The notes beneath the pieces are model-generated. The model searched no databases. It was not told the origin of the DNA and was given only the letters and a program-made list of their open reading frames with translations. Of a stretch of 64,000 bases of DNA, positions 12,591-24,849 are shown one piece after another (position 1 is the stretch's first letter; each line of letters starts with the position of its first letter). Origin of the DNA: the human T2T-CHM13v2.0 reference genome, Homo sapiens. The position numbers and the translations under genes were made by a program. The DNA is taken from assembly GCF_009914755.1 (NCBI RefSeq), contig NC_060932.1; one strand, 5' to 3'.

Positions 12591-14149
12591 GCTCTCATAA
12601 CAGTTACTTCCAATTCTATTATTTCTACTTCAGTGGAAGGAACAGGTAGTGTGATTGAGACTTTGGATACTAATGGGGAACATTATGTAGCCTCTGGGTT
12701 AGACTATACATGTTGCACTCACCAATTGTCTGGACCATCAACACATTCAAGGGTACAAGATGCACAGTGTTTGTATCCTGTCTGGCAGCACAATACTCCC
12801 CAGACTCCATAATGATCTGGAAATGCCACCATTCATATCTGCCCTCCTGACACCAAGATATGCAATCATTTCTTTGATTAGAGACGCTGGCCTCTGTAAG
12901 GCCCCTCTGAAATCACATAGACTTGACATTTTTAGTACTCACCCTTACATTAGAACAAAAGAATTTGGCTGATATCCAGGATGAGCTGATTTTGCTGAAA
13001 GTGGAGGTGGGGAAGGAGAAAGGGGAAGACCCCAGTAAGGTGTAAATGACAAAGAGAGGATGTGGTCACTGAATTTCAGGGGCAGTTTTCACCAAGAAGA
13101 GCATGACAGAGGAGTGCAGGTGATCCTTCCTGTGGAAACAAGGTAGTTCTCTGTGGTGAGTCACCTATCTGGGGTTCCCCCAAATCATAAATGGAGCCCG
13201 TGAGCCCTTGAACACAGAGACTGTATGCAACTAGGAGCCCTGAGACCTGTATCTTGGCCTTGCTGCTGCCACTTGCTCATTTGCTGTGAGATCTCATGCC
13301 AGATAGTCCCTCTTGGAGCCCATTCGCCCATTTGTCCATTAGAATGAGTATGTGTGTTTGGGAAGGAGTTATTTACATCTATGATTCTTTCCTAATGTGA
13401 TTCTGCACTGATAGAAGAGGAACTTAAAGTGAGACTGAGAGAGGTAGCAGTAAGGCGTCTAGCAAAGACTTAATAAATCTTAGTTATTGGTATCTTGATC
13501 ACCATTGTAGTTGCTGTCCCTATCATCATGATTGTCTTCTTTAATCATTACAAGGAAGTAGACAAAAAACAGTAAACAATCAGTTAGTCAACATTGTGCT
13601 TGGCAGGAAGAACACAAAGCTGAACAAAACACACTCCCTGTTCCAGAAGCACCTGTAGTCTAGACAGGGAAGCAATTAAGAAAATAAACCACAGCACTAG
13701 AGCCTACTGTGAATATAGAGTGGGAATTAGAAAGCAAAGGGAAGTCCAAGTGCTGAGCTCAGTACAGGGCAAAAGGGAAGTGAGAGGCTGCCTGCCAGGA
13801 GACCCTAGGTGGCCACACCCCTGCTCTGCTTCCTTTAGGCCTTCACCTGGGCCCAGCTGGACCAGGTGGTGGAGGTGGGGAAGGCATGGACCTTTTCCTT
13901 CTTCTTACTGATTCCTCCATGTAAATTTACATCTTCTCTTGAGAAATAAGTTTCTAGTGATGCCATTTAAATAAAGGGATTAAGACATATTCTAAGGAAA
14001 AAAATCTGTGAGAATTTAGTAAGATTTTAAAATTCCTAAAAATTTCCTAATTTCCGATTTTCATTTTTTGTCTACTTCTTTATAATGATTAAAGAAGACA
14101 ATGATGATGATGGTAATGACAGTAATTATAATGATGGTGACACTAATAC

Positions 14150-14345
14150 TAATAACTAAAATGTATTAAGTCCTTACTATGTGCCATGAACCTTGCATGC
14201 ATTTTGTGACACATTAGTCCTATTTTTGTTCTAATTTTACAAATGAAAAAATTGAGACAAAGAATTGGCTAAAATCGCACAGTTTTACAACAGGAGGAAC
14301 CCTATTTGAACCCAGATATGTTTGATTTCAGAGTCTGAGATCTTC
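14150..14345 (-). mobile_element. MIR
   Basis: 'tattaagtccttactatgtgcca...attttacaaatgaaaaaattgagac...tttgaacccag'. Confidence 0.7.
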
Positions 14346-14539
14346 ACCGCTCTGCCTGCCCTGTGCAATTTCATGGTCTTACACTTTTGGTTTGGTGTCC
14401 TGGCCTTCAAGAGATGCAGAAAAGAGGTAGCTGGAGAGGCAGAGCTCCACTCTAACAAAGAGGCCCCTTACGGAGAAGTTGAGAGTGGCAGCTATGAAAA
14501 AGAGAGCAAACAAGCCAAACCTCTGGGATCAGCAAGGGG

Positions 14540-15264
14540 AAAGTAATGCATTTCTTGAGAGGGGAGCTGTGACTAAGTGGCCCAGGGAAGGAGAATTCAT
14601 CTGGCTGCTGTTGGACAGAGCGTGCAAGAGTTGCTAATAAAATGAAAGTGATCTAGATAAGTACTTCTCATGCACTGGGCTGGCTCATCCTCCCAGAAGG
14701 GCAAAGAGGGAAAAGTAAATTCCTGCTTTGGAATTTGGAACAATTCCTGCTTTGGAACAATTCCTGCTAGTGACTGCAACATACTTTTCAAGGACTCCAA
14801 TATATATTCAGTGTTTTGTGCCTCCACTTCTCCTTTGGAGGCATCTTCTAACCACATCTACCCTCTATAGAGGTGTAGCCACCTATTCAGGTGGCTATTT
14901 AAAAACAAACAAACAAACAAAAAAAAACAGCTAATCACTTTTAGTAGCTGCCAATGTTGAAAATTGCAAAACATCTTTCCCGTCTCACTGATTTTGCAGC
15001 TGTAGGTGAGTTTGCATTGTAGACTCAATGTGGAAGGAGACTCCTTTTAGCTCAGCTCAAGTAAAAAAGTAGCCTTGTAATCTCCTTCCCGCTGTCTGGT
15101 CCTGTGCTACATCTTCTCTCAGTACATTGCACAAGAAACATCATCATGGCCTCCATTTTATGATATCTCCCCTGAAAATTTGCTTAATAAGTTTCCCGCC
15201 AGAAAATGAGGGTTATGTAGAACTTAAAGGTGATTGAAACAGAAAGTTTAGGGCTCTTTAGAGG

Positions 15265-15322
<58 letters not shown>

Positions 15323-15600
15323 AGGCTATAGAGCTATATATAGCTGCTGCTTTTAAGTTCCCATCTACAGTGAAACACAGCTTCCGGCTTTCTCTGAAAA
15401 AGGGGCTCGAGCTTGCAAACAGGCCCAGTCACTGAGAAATACCTACATCCAGATTAGAATTGGTTGCATTTTTTTAAACCATAGGCAAAACTAATCTTAT
15501 GTGGGGAAAATGTAATCCTTTCCCCTCTGTTACTTCTCCTGCTTAACCCTCAATCCCCTCCATCCCTGCAGTCATATAAAGGTGTTCCGGAGTGTTACCT
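14540..15600 (+). promoter_or_regulatory. Candidate muscle-type promoter/enhancer with possible non-coding first exon
   Basis: Block free of recognisable transposons. Contains GATA, AATTCC (TEAD-like) x3, E-box CAGGTG next to MEF2/TATA-like CTATTTAAAA (14888-14904), donor AG|GTGAGT at 15005/15006, perfect MEF2 CTATATATAG (15334-15343) and CArG-like CATATAAAGG (15573-15582). Confidence 0.4.
15267..15320. repeat. (GT)27 microsatellite
   Basis: Uninterrupted GT run of 54 bp. Confidence 0.99.
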
Positions 15601-16589
15601 ATTAGGATGAAAAGAGAATTCGTATCTGGCCTTTAGCTCTTGTTAAGTGGTTTTCTAATGTTGAGCACCCATATTTTCACTGGTTTTAAATAAACACTTA
15701 CAGAGTGAAGCACACTGGACTTGAAGAAAGAAGAGAGAACATTCACATTCCAGCATCATACTGGAGTTTGGGGATGTTGGTCAAGTTACTTTTGTTTCCA
15801 CATCTGTACATGTCATGGGAAAATTTAAAAAGATATATAGAAGTGTTAACAGTAAGTAACTGGTTAGTAAGGACTTGGAGTTAGTTGAACGTCCACAAAA
15901 TTTATTCTAGATCTTATGCACTGGGTGCTGAGCAAATATTGTTGCAAACACCAAAGTCACACTTTTAATGTATTTTTTTGTTAGAAGTGTAATTTTCATG
16001 AGTGGCAAATAAGCTCGTAAAAATACCTGAAACTTTTATTGAGGTATATGTGTATATATACTATTGGTGATGTTAACTTTGATCACTTGGTTAAGGTATG
16101 TTCACCAGGTTTCTCCACTGTAAAGTTACCATTTTTCCATTTGCAATTATTAAATAATTTGTGGAGAACGCATCACCCAAAATGAGATGAACTGTCATGA
16201 TGTGACTTCTAAGATGCACTGATATCACTTTAGTGGTGTTCCCACCCAAAATGCTTAAAATAAATCTAATCATTAGTAAATATCAGACAAAACCCAAACT
16301 GAGGAGCTGTCTACAAAATTTGTGATTAGTATTCTTCAAAAGTGTTCATGTCATGAAAGACAGTAAGCCTGAGGAACCATCCCCCAATAAGAAGACTAAG
16401 AGATACAACATCAGAATATAACATATGATCCTGAATTAGGTCCTGGACCAGGAAAAATTGCCATAAAATATTTTATTAGGAAAATTGTTGAAATTTGGGT
16501 TAATTAAAAATGTCCCAATGTTTTACTGATTGTCATAATTGTACTATAAAATGGAAGTGAATGCTCTTGTTCTTAAAAATACCCAATGA

Positions 16590-16852
16590 GAGTTGAACAA
16601 TGGGAACACATGGACACAGGGAGGGGAACATCACACACCAGGGCCTGTCAGGGGGTGGGGGGCTAGGGGAGGGATAGCATTAGGAGAAATACCTAATGTA
16701 GATGACGGGTTGATGGGTGCAGCAAACCACCATGGCAGGTGTATACCTATGTAACAAACCTGCATGTTCTGCACATGTATCCCTGAACTTAAAGTATATA
16801 TATAAAAAAAGCAATCACCAAGTTTAATCAAATAAAAAATATTCTCTTAATT
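16590..16852 (+). mobile_element. L1PA (about PA7-like) 3' end plus short 3' extension
   Basis: L1 3'UTR 'gaacacatggacacagggaggggaacatcac...gaacttaaagtata'. TSD aaaaat(t)accca(a/c)tga at 16575-16589 / 16853-16868. Confidence 0.95.
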
Positions 16853-17036
16853 AAAAATTACCCACTGACGTATTTAGGGATAAAGGGGCAAGACATCTGC
16901 CTTATACTATCACCTGTTTCAGGAAAAGAAAAAAGAAATATAAGTATATATATGAGAGAAAGCAGGAGAAGGATAAAAACAAATGTGGAAAACTTTTAAT
17001 AACTGGTGAATTTGGATGAAGGGTATACAGAATTTT

Positions 17037-17058
17037 GTGTGTGTGTGTGTGTGTGTGT
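17037..17058. repeat. (TG)11 microsatellite
   Basis: Visible dinucleotide run. Confidence 0.9.
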
Positions 17059-17956
17059 AATTCTTTGAGATTATTTCAAAATTTAACAAAATGAAACAAT
17101 CAAATTAGAAATCAATACTTCAGAAGAGAAAAGCAGCTTAACTGCAAGCTCAAATTGCTACATTTCTCAAGAACTCAAAGGAATTGAGCATGGCGTTCCT
17201 GAATTTTGTTGGCTGAGATTGTGATTTTATCGTCATGATAATTCCCCCAGGGAATATATAATTATAGCTTCTCCATCACAGATGGTGACTGAGGTGGGGT
17301 AGGAATCCAGAGAAAATCTAAGCACTTATTTGAGCTCTTTTCCAAAAAGTTTTGAAAAAAGTTACCTAACAAGACACCGTCAAGCTGATAAAAATTTATT
17401 GAGCACCTAATATGTTTCAGTTCTGCCTAGGTTCTGAAACACAGGCTTGGATAACGTCTTGCCTCATCACTCAAGGAGTTTACAGATTAGATGGGGAGGC
17501 AGTCATGTTATAAACAGTGATAGTCCAGAGGGCAGGGACTGTAGTAGAGATAGACCTAATATGCTATTAAGGAAGAAGAAAACAGGAAAATAGTCTTCAT
17601 AAGGAGATAACGTTAATGTATGACTAGAATTGTTGCAGATGGAAAGGGGCCTTTCAGACAGAGAAAAACATGGTAGCCTAAACAATCACAGTATACTTGC
17701 ATGAAGTAAACTACTTGATGTTGATGGAATCTACACTATGCAGTGAAGTGAAAAGAAATGCAGAAAAACTCTTATTTTTAAAGAGTTGTTTCTTCCATGC
17801 TAGAGAGTCTATGCTGATTTCAGTATTCCTCTTTATGACCAGTACCCGATCTGAGTATCTCCCAAGCCCTCCAGCTGATGGTCGTCATTCACCATTTTCC
17901 TTTAATGTTCAAATGAAGAGAGATTCAAGCAGCCACCTGCATACATTGAAAATCCC

Positions 17957-18353
<397 letters not shown>

Positions 18354-19149
18354 TTATTCCATGTTTCTCTTCTGGATTCTAGCTCTCACTCTTTGTGGCT
18401 TTTGTTTTTCTACCTTGGGTCAACCCAAATCTGGAAGCTAGTCTTTTAACTACTTTGATTCAAGCTTCAGGCTTCAGAGAGAAAAGGAAGTTGTTTGTTT
18501 TTTGTTTGTTTGTTTCTTTTTGGAGGTACTATGCAGTAAGCCACTGAAAATTGCTAATGAAGTCTCAGTTTTCCAGACAACTACAGACTCACTCTTGAAA
18601 GTTAACTTTTCACTGGCTGGGGTCTTCTCCGTGGCTGTCTCGTCTGCCATACTGACCAGGCACTCACTGTCTTTTTACATTCCTCGTGTTCTCCCAGATT
18701 TTTTGAATCTCTCTCTACCTCTATTTTGGGCCTCATCTAAAAAACAAAACAAAACAAAAACTTAAATATTTTATATGTTAATATACAGAGCAATTTATTT
18801 TTCACTAAAACTTACAGGTCTGCCAATATGTAAAAGGTTATTATGGTTTTCTCTTAAACAAAGGGCCATCTATTTGGGCCTTTGTTGGGTTCTCAACTTT
18901 GAGCAACCAAAGAATTGATAGAAGCTTTGAAACTACAATCTTCTTTTAAAACTACTCACTATGTGGGTATAGCTTCACATATGTTTGTAAGGAAGGCAGC
19001 CATGTAAAGACATCCTCCCACTGATGTACATTATTTTACCCTATGGAAGGCAAATGTGGTTATCATTAGTTGTTTATTAAAAAGAGTAATTATTTTTATT
19101 TTCATTACATTTTCACTTCTGGAGAGAAGGGCTTTTATGAGGGGAAGTA

Positions 19150-19555
19150 CATGGGCATTGGAGTCAGATAAATTTGAATTTTTACCCTGACTCTCTCTAA
19201 TGAGTTGTTGGACCTTGTGCAAAATATTCACCAGCTCAGGGGCCCAGTTTTGTCATCTGTAAAATGGAAGCAGAAATACCTATGATTGTTGTAAATATGG
19301 GAGATCATGAATTTTAAAATACCTGCTTAGTACAGAATGGGTATTTGATAAATTGTACTTACTATTAAGTCTAATTAGTTTCAAGGGACATAAATATAGC
19401 AACTTGTAAAAGTGCTAATGATGTATCAGACACTGTGTCAGTATTATAATAATGTATAATAATGTACATTATTTTATTTTCTGGGTAATAACATAGGATA
19501 GCTATTATGTCCTTATTTCATAGCTGAAGAACCTGAGCCATAGAGTAGTTAAGAT
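19150..19555. mobile_element. Two MIRs, tail to tail (+ then -)
   Basis: 'ttggagtcagataaatttgaatt...cagttttgtcatctgtaaaatgg' followed by 'atttcatagctgaagaacctgagccatagagtagttaag'. Confidence 0.65.
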
Positions 19556-19619
19556 AATAGGAAACAAAAACACAAATATGAAATCATCTGACCAGTCTAA
19601 TAGTAATTGATCATTATGG

Positions 19620-20235
19620 AAAGTATCCTTCTTAGTAAATGATGCTAGCTACCCAGTTTCTTAAGCTAGAACACTAGGTCTTCTGGATTTCTCTATTTTC
19701 CTCATGCTGCAACATGGATGCATCAGAAACTTCACTTCCCAAATACATCTGAATTCATCCACTGCTTTCAACCTCCACTGCTATCCCCATAGTCAAAGTC
19801 ACCTTTCACTTGGGTTTCTGCAATAAAACTTCTAACAAGGCTCCCTGCTTTTCCTTTTATTCTCTACAACCTAATTTTCTCCATAGGAGTCAAAGCTACT
19901 TTGGCCTTGTCGTTCTTGTATCCAGAACCTTCCAATGACTTCTCAATATATGCATAAAACACACGTACTGATTTCATTCTATGTGTAGACTGTAAGGCCA
20001 CAACCCATAACCCGGATGTGCTCTGGACTCTATTTGCCTTGCTTGCTGCATCTTGTGCCTTTCTCTCTGTTGCTTTGTCTCAGCCTTGCAGAAATTTCAT
20101 CCCTGATTCTAACATTTCCATTTATTTCCCACTGTACGGCCTTTGCAGCAGCTGTTACCTCAGGCAGGAATGACTATTCCCCACGTTTTTCAAGACTCGG
20201 TGCTCATGACATTCAAGTTCTAGCTGAAATGATGC
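19620..20235 (+). mobile_element. L2 fragment
   Basis: 'acccagtttcttaagctagaac...catctgaattcatccactgctttcaacctccactgct...agaaccttccaatgacttctc'. Confidence 0.7.
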
Positions 20236-20659
20236 TGCTGCACTTAATTTAATGGAAGAAATAGATTTAAAGTATTCTGAAAATTTAAATTTACAGATGG
20301 GTTTTGCAAAGACAAAGTCCATGTGAATAAGTACGTGAAAGATGCTTCTCATACACAAATGTATTGTCTTTAACCACTCCACTGAATGCCTAAAGTCAAA
20401 CATGAAATCTCCACGCTTGAGGATACATATTCTAGAGGTTGTCCTTCCCTGTTGAGTTTGAAAAACCTTCTGAAAGTCTATAGACACATAGCTCGGCTCT
20501 CCTTAAATGGTTCAATTTTAGGGCATGTAATACTTCCCAAGACAGCCCATTTCATCTCTGGATAAGAGAGCAAACTACATTATAACTCCGAGAAAAATTA
20601 CACCATTATTATTGATAAGATAAGAGTTACTGATGCTACAGAGAAGAGTTGGCATACTA

Positions 20660-20938
20660 CCATCTGAAGAACAAATTCTGCCCACCACTTATTGGTTTTT
20701 ATATTTTTTTAATTGTTGAAAACAAAATCAAAACAAAAATAATATTCTATGACACTTGAAAATTATAACGAAACTTAATGAGGTAATGAATTATGAATTT
20801 TTATTGGAACACAGACACATCCATTTGTTCACACACCACCTATGGCTGCTTTCTCTACAATGGCAGAGTTCAATAGTTGCAATAGGGACCATATGACCTG
20901 CTACTGGCCCTTTACAGAAAAATATTTATAGACCACTG
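20660..20938 (-). mobile_element. MER58B-like hAT-Charlie DNA transposon
   Basis: 'ttttattggaacacag...ctatggctgcttt...caatggcagagttcaatagttgc...tggccctttacagaaaaa'. Confidence 0.85.
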
Positions 20939-23689
20939 TGGTGGAGAATGCAAAATTGAAAATTACCACTTTTGAGTCTAGCTTTCAAGATACTACATAA
21001 TCTGCAAAAATCCTCATATTGTAATTTTTTGACTTATGGTTCTTCAATCTTTCTGCATGTCTCTTTAAAGAGAATTTATGGCTGTATGTAAGTGTGTATC
21101 CATAATTATAAAGTGTACTGTTTGTCCATGTATGTGTGTTTATGCCATAACAAGAACTCTGCATATGTAGATTTATACTGATTAATTAAATTAAATGGAA
21201 AATGCTTTCATTTTAGATGTACATGTATGGTTATATTATTGATGATCAAGCTTGAATAAAATCTTTAACTATAACATGAAAGATTAAACTATTAAAAACA
21301 TCTTATCTTGTAATAGATAATTAGATGCTCTTTTTTTGTGGTACTTGCGGTTGCATGTTCATTTTTTAAGATAATTTCTTAAGTAAATAAGCTTGTGTAT
21401 GGCCTGTTGTCCTCCTGAGCATTACCTCATATGTTACTTTTATTCTTATAATGCTAGGTTTTTTTACACTCCGAGAAGTAAAAATAATTTCAGTTCTGTG
21501 TTAACTTTAACAGGTCATTTGAATCATACATTTATTTATACTTGTGTGGTCCTCTTTATTAAGATAACAGCTTTGTCAAATGTCAGATAATCCTTCCAAG
21601 GATAGGGCAAGTTTCATATTTCAGTAAGCCTCCAGTGGAAAGCCCATTTAGTTCTGTGAAATGACTCAGAGGCTGACTTGTTTTGTAAAGAAATACAGAT
21701 CTACTACCTCAATATGTGTGGGAATAAGAATCAATGATTTGCACATTCCATCACAGGGACGTGTTCTTATGAGTAAGAAAGGAAGGAGGCAGGGAAGTGT
21801 GGTGGAAAGAGTACCAGGCAAGAAGGATGTTTGCTTCACTCCTGTTTGACTACTAACCAGCATTAGGATCTTGTCAAAATTACTTAACTTCTTAGTCTTA
21901 AATGTCCCTGCTTTGAAAATTAAGGTATTAGTTCATTCTTTCACTTTTATACATTTTAAAGCAGCAAATTCTTTGATGAAATATAATCTCTAGTGCAAAC
22001 CAAAAAATGAAACCAATGGGAGTAGAGTTGACATAATTGCAGTCAGAGACCACTGGACCTTCATGTAACCCCTGGCAGTAGCTCTAGAAGCTCTTCTTTA
22101 AGCTGAGCGCTTGGCAGAACAGCCTAATAACTGCAGGATTGTTTACAAAGTAGCCCTTTTCTGCTAAAAATAACCTGCGACTCTGTGAATAAGTTGCCCC
22201 AGGCATTGTTTGTATATGCATTAAAGCATTGGATTTGCTGAAAAATAATGTATTCTCTTAAATGATCTAGCATTTCTATTCCAGTAATATTTTTCTTACT
22301 TATATACTAGGCAAATCTTGTGGACAGAGATACAGGTTGAGTCATCTCAACCTTATGCACTGACAATGGGAATCACCATAGAGCAGTGATTCCCAAGCAA
22401 ATATAATGTATTTGGGTTGTGTGGCTTTGTATTTTTATACTTGTCTTTATTAAACTTGAATTCTATGAGAAGGATTTGTATCTCAATCATCTTCTCTAAT
22501 CAGTGCCTAGTCCCATGCTTAGCAATAGAAAATGTCCTGAAATTGTTCAGTAAATCAATATACGAATGAGTGGTTCTAAACTTGTATAGATTGTCACACG
22601 AATACATGAAATGGGAGGCGTTATCTAGGAAATATGGAAATAAAACTTATCCACTGGATAATTGAGGGTTAAAATCATCCAGCAGTGTCACAAGCTGAAA
22701 GATCCCTGGGCCAGAAATCTCATTCTTGCATTAACTTCACTTGTCACCTTGGGTGCCCATCTATAAATCTCAGTCCCAGAGAGACTAACCATGCAATCTC
22801 TGAATTTTATCCCAATGGTGAGATTCCATGAGGCTAAGATTAAATTGACTCAGAAAATGATCCCATTAAAGTTTTTCTCATGAATTATTTAGGTGATTGC
22901 TGTAAATCTCTAGTTCCTGGGTCCCTCCATCTACAAACTCTGTGGCTTTCCCAAGCTCAGCAACTCAAGGGCCATGGAGAAGCATCAACTCCTTCCTCTG
23001 CACCACCCAACAGGGCTTCCATCTTGATATGTGTACCTGAATTTTCTGTTCTGGACCCCACAAAATGTTAACGATGACAACTGTGATTTCATGCCACTGG
23101 AGGCTGTATGCCTGGCATAATGTGAAAGAGGAATCGCAGAGCTGGAGAACTATAGAAACTTCTGGAATTGTATCAAAGGAAGTATGCTAAATAGGTGAGA
23201 GCAATCAATGTTGTTTGGAGACAGGCAATGAAGCCTGCTGTTCCTAATGTAATAGTATCATTAATTTTACACCATACTCCATGTGGGGAAAGAAATGTAT
23301 TTTTTTATTTGTGTATAGCTCATCTAAGATTGATTCTGAGCCTCAAATGTACTGGGTAGAAAGAAAAAACTTGCGGATCTCAGTACCTCAGTTTTTATAA
23401 TACTAATAAAATCCAAACAGTTTAAAAGAATATTTAAGAGGTAAACTATCAATATTTCACATTTTCATCCACTCCCCTTCCTTCTCCCCAGGGTGGCATC
23501 TAGGAGTATCCGAAAGCTTTCTCTGTTCTTCTCAGGAAAGGCGGGGGCTTTAGATGTGTGTATGGGTACTTGTTTCACCCTCTAGTCCTTGCTAGGTTTG
23601 ACAGAGATAGCGCTTCTTTCCCAGCTAGTAAATATTTGCCTGGATTACATTCACTTCAGAACAAATATTCCGGTATATTTTATTATTCT

Positions 23690-23885
23690 TGGTCAGAATC
23701 TCAGCTGAATTTAAATCCCAGCTGAAACATTTGCTAGTTATGCCGTCTTGATGAAGTCATTTGTCCTGTCTTCAGCTTTTTTCTTCTGTAAAATGGATAT
23801 TGTTTCCAGAGTTCAATGAGATAATACATATTCAGTGTTTGACATGTATTAAGCACTAAATAAATGTTAACTGCTACTATTATTA
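23690..23885 (+). mobile_element. MIR
   Basis: 'tttaaatcccagct...ctgtaaaatgg...aatgagataatacat...taagcactaaataaatgttaactgct'. Confidence 0.75.
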
Positions 23886-24849
23886 TTATTATTAAAATTG
23901 TGTACTAGGCATAGAAAATGGCAAATTTAGAAGCACAGTGGGATAGAACTGTTTGTTGGCACCATTATTAATTCTCGTTTAGGGTCTAAGTTTGCTAGTC
24001 TCAAGATTGATGTCAAACACAATAGGCTGCATGACCTGTTATAAATTTTGAGTATCTCCAAATACTAAGCATATGAGAAGATCATCTGCCTAGTATGCTT
24101 CTCAAGCTTTTCTAACCTCAGGCTTTAAAACCAGTAACAGACAGTTATTGATAAGCAATCAAGTCAATATATTTTTTAGAAACTCAAGAAGGAAGGCACT
24201 TTCATCTTTACTCTGTCTGGCTTTCAATCATTTCCTTATAGATATTGAGGCCTGCCACTAATTTCACAGCATTCAAGTATGAGAAAAGATCATTCAAATA
24301 GTGACTGTTAAAAGAAACCCTAAAAAGGCTTCTGGCTGTTGGGCCATTGTACTTTCTAAATCAATCATATTTAATGTGTATCTATCTGCATTGGTGGTTT
24401 CATTGGCCAATAAGTGTGTATTCCCTTACCAGGGCTCTGCAGACCTTCAGCTCACTTAGTCATTCTGCTCACAAAGATATCACATATTTAGTTTCGAAAG
24501 ATTTTGGCCTTTACTCTGATTAGACCTCCACTCACACAGTTCTTCAATTTCCTGTGAGTATTTCATGCACCCAGCAGTCACTACACTAATAATAACTTTA
24601 ATCTTTCAACAAACATTTAGTAGCATCTACAGCATAGACAGGCTTTGTGTCATGAGTTGAGAATACATACCCTAGGAAACAAAACTATTGAGACTCACAT
24701 TGATGATGGGGGGCATAGACAATTATGATACTATGGTGGAGTTTAGAAGTTGAAAGGGGTCTTGGAGGTCATTTGGTTCCAAAGGTGGTGGGAAAATGTA
24801 CCCATATAGCAGCTGGATTATTCCCTTTTATCTGTTGTACTAGTTTTCT

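Larger units (their letters stand above)
16061..17085 (+). mobile_element. L1MC4-type 3' end with an inverted 5' segment (16061-16166 on minus), interrupted by an L1PA
   Basis: 'aatctaatcattagtaaatatcagacaaaacccaaactgagg...ttcttcaaaagtgttcatgtcatgaaagac'. The preceding 105 bp are the reverse complement of the adjacent upstream consensus segment. Confidence 0.75.

Noticed and set aside
14718-14768. CRISPR-like short direct repeats
   Set aside because: Eukaryotic DNA, tandem units without unique spacers, no cas genes
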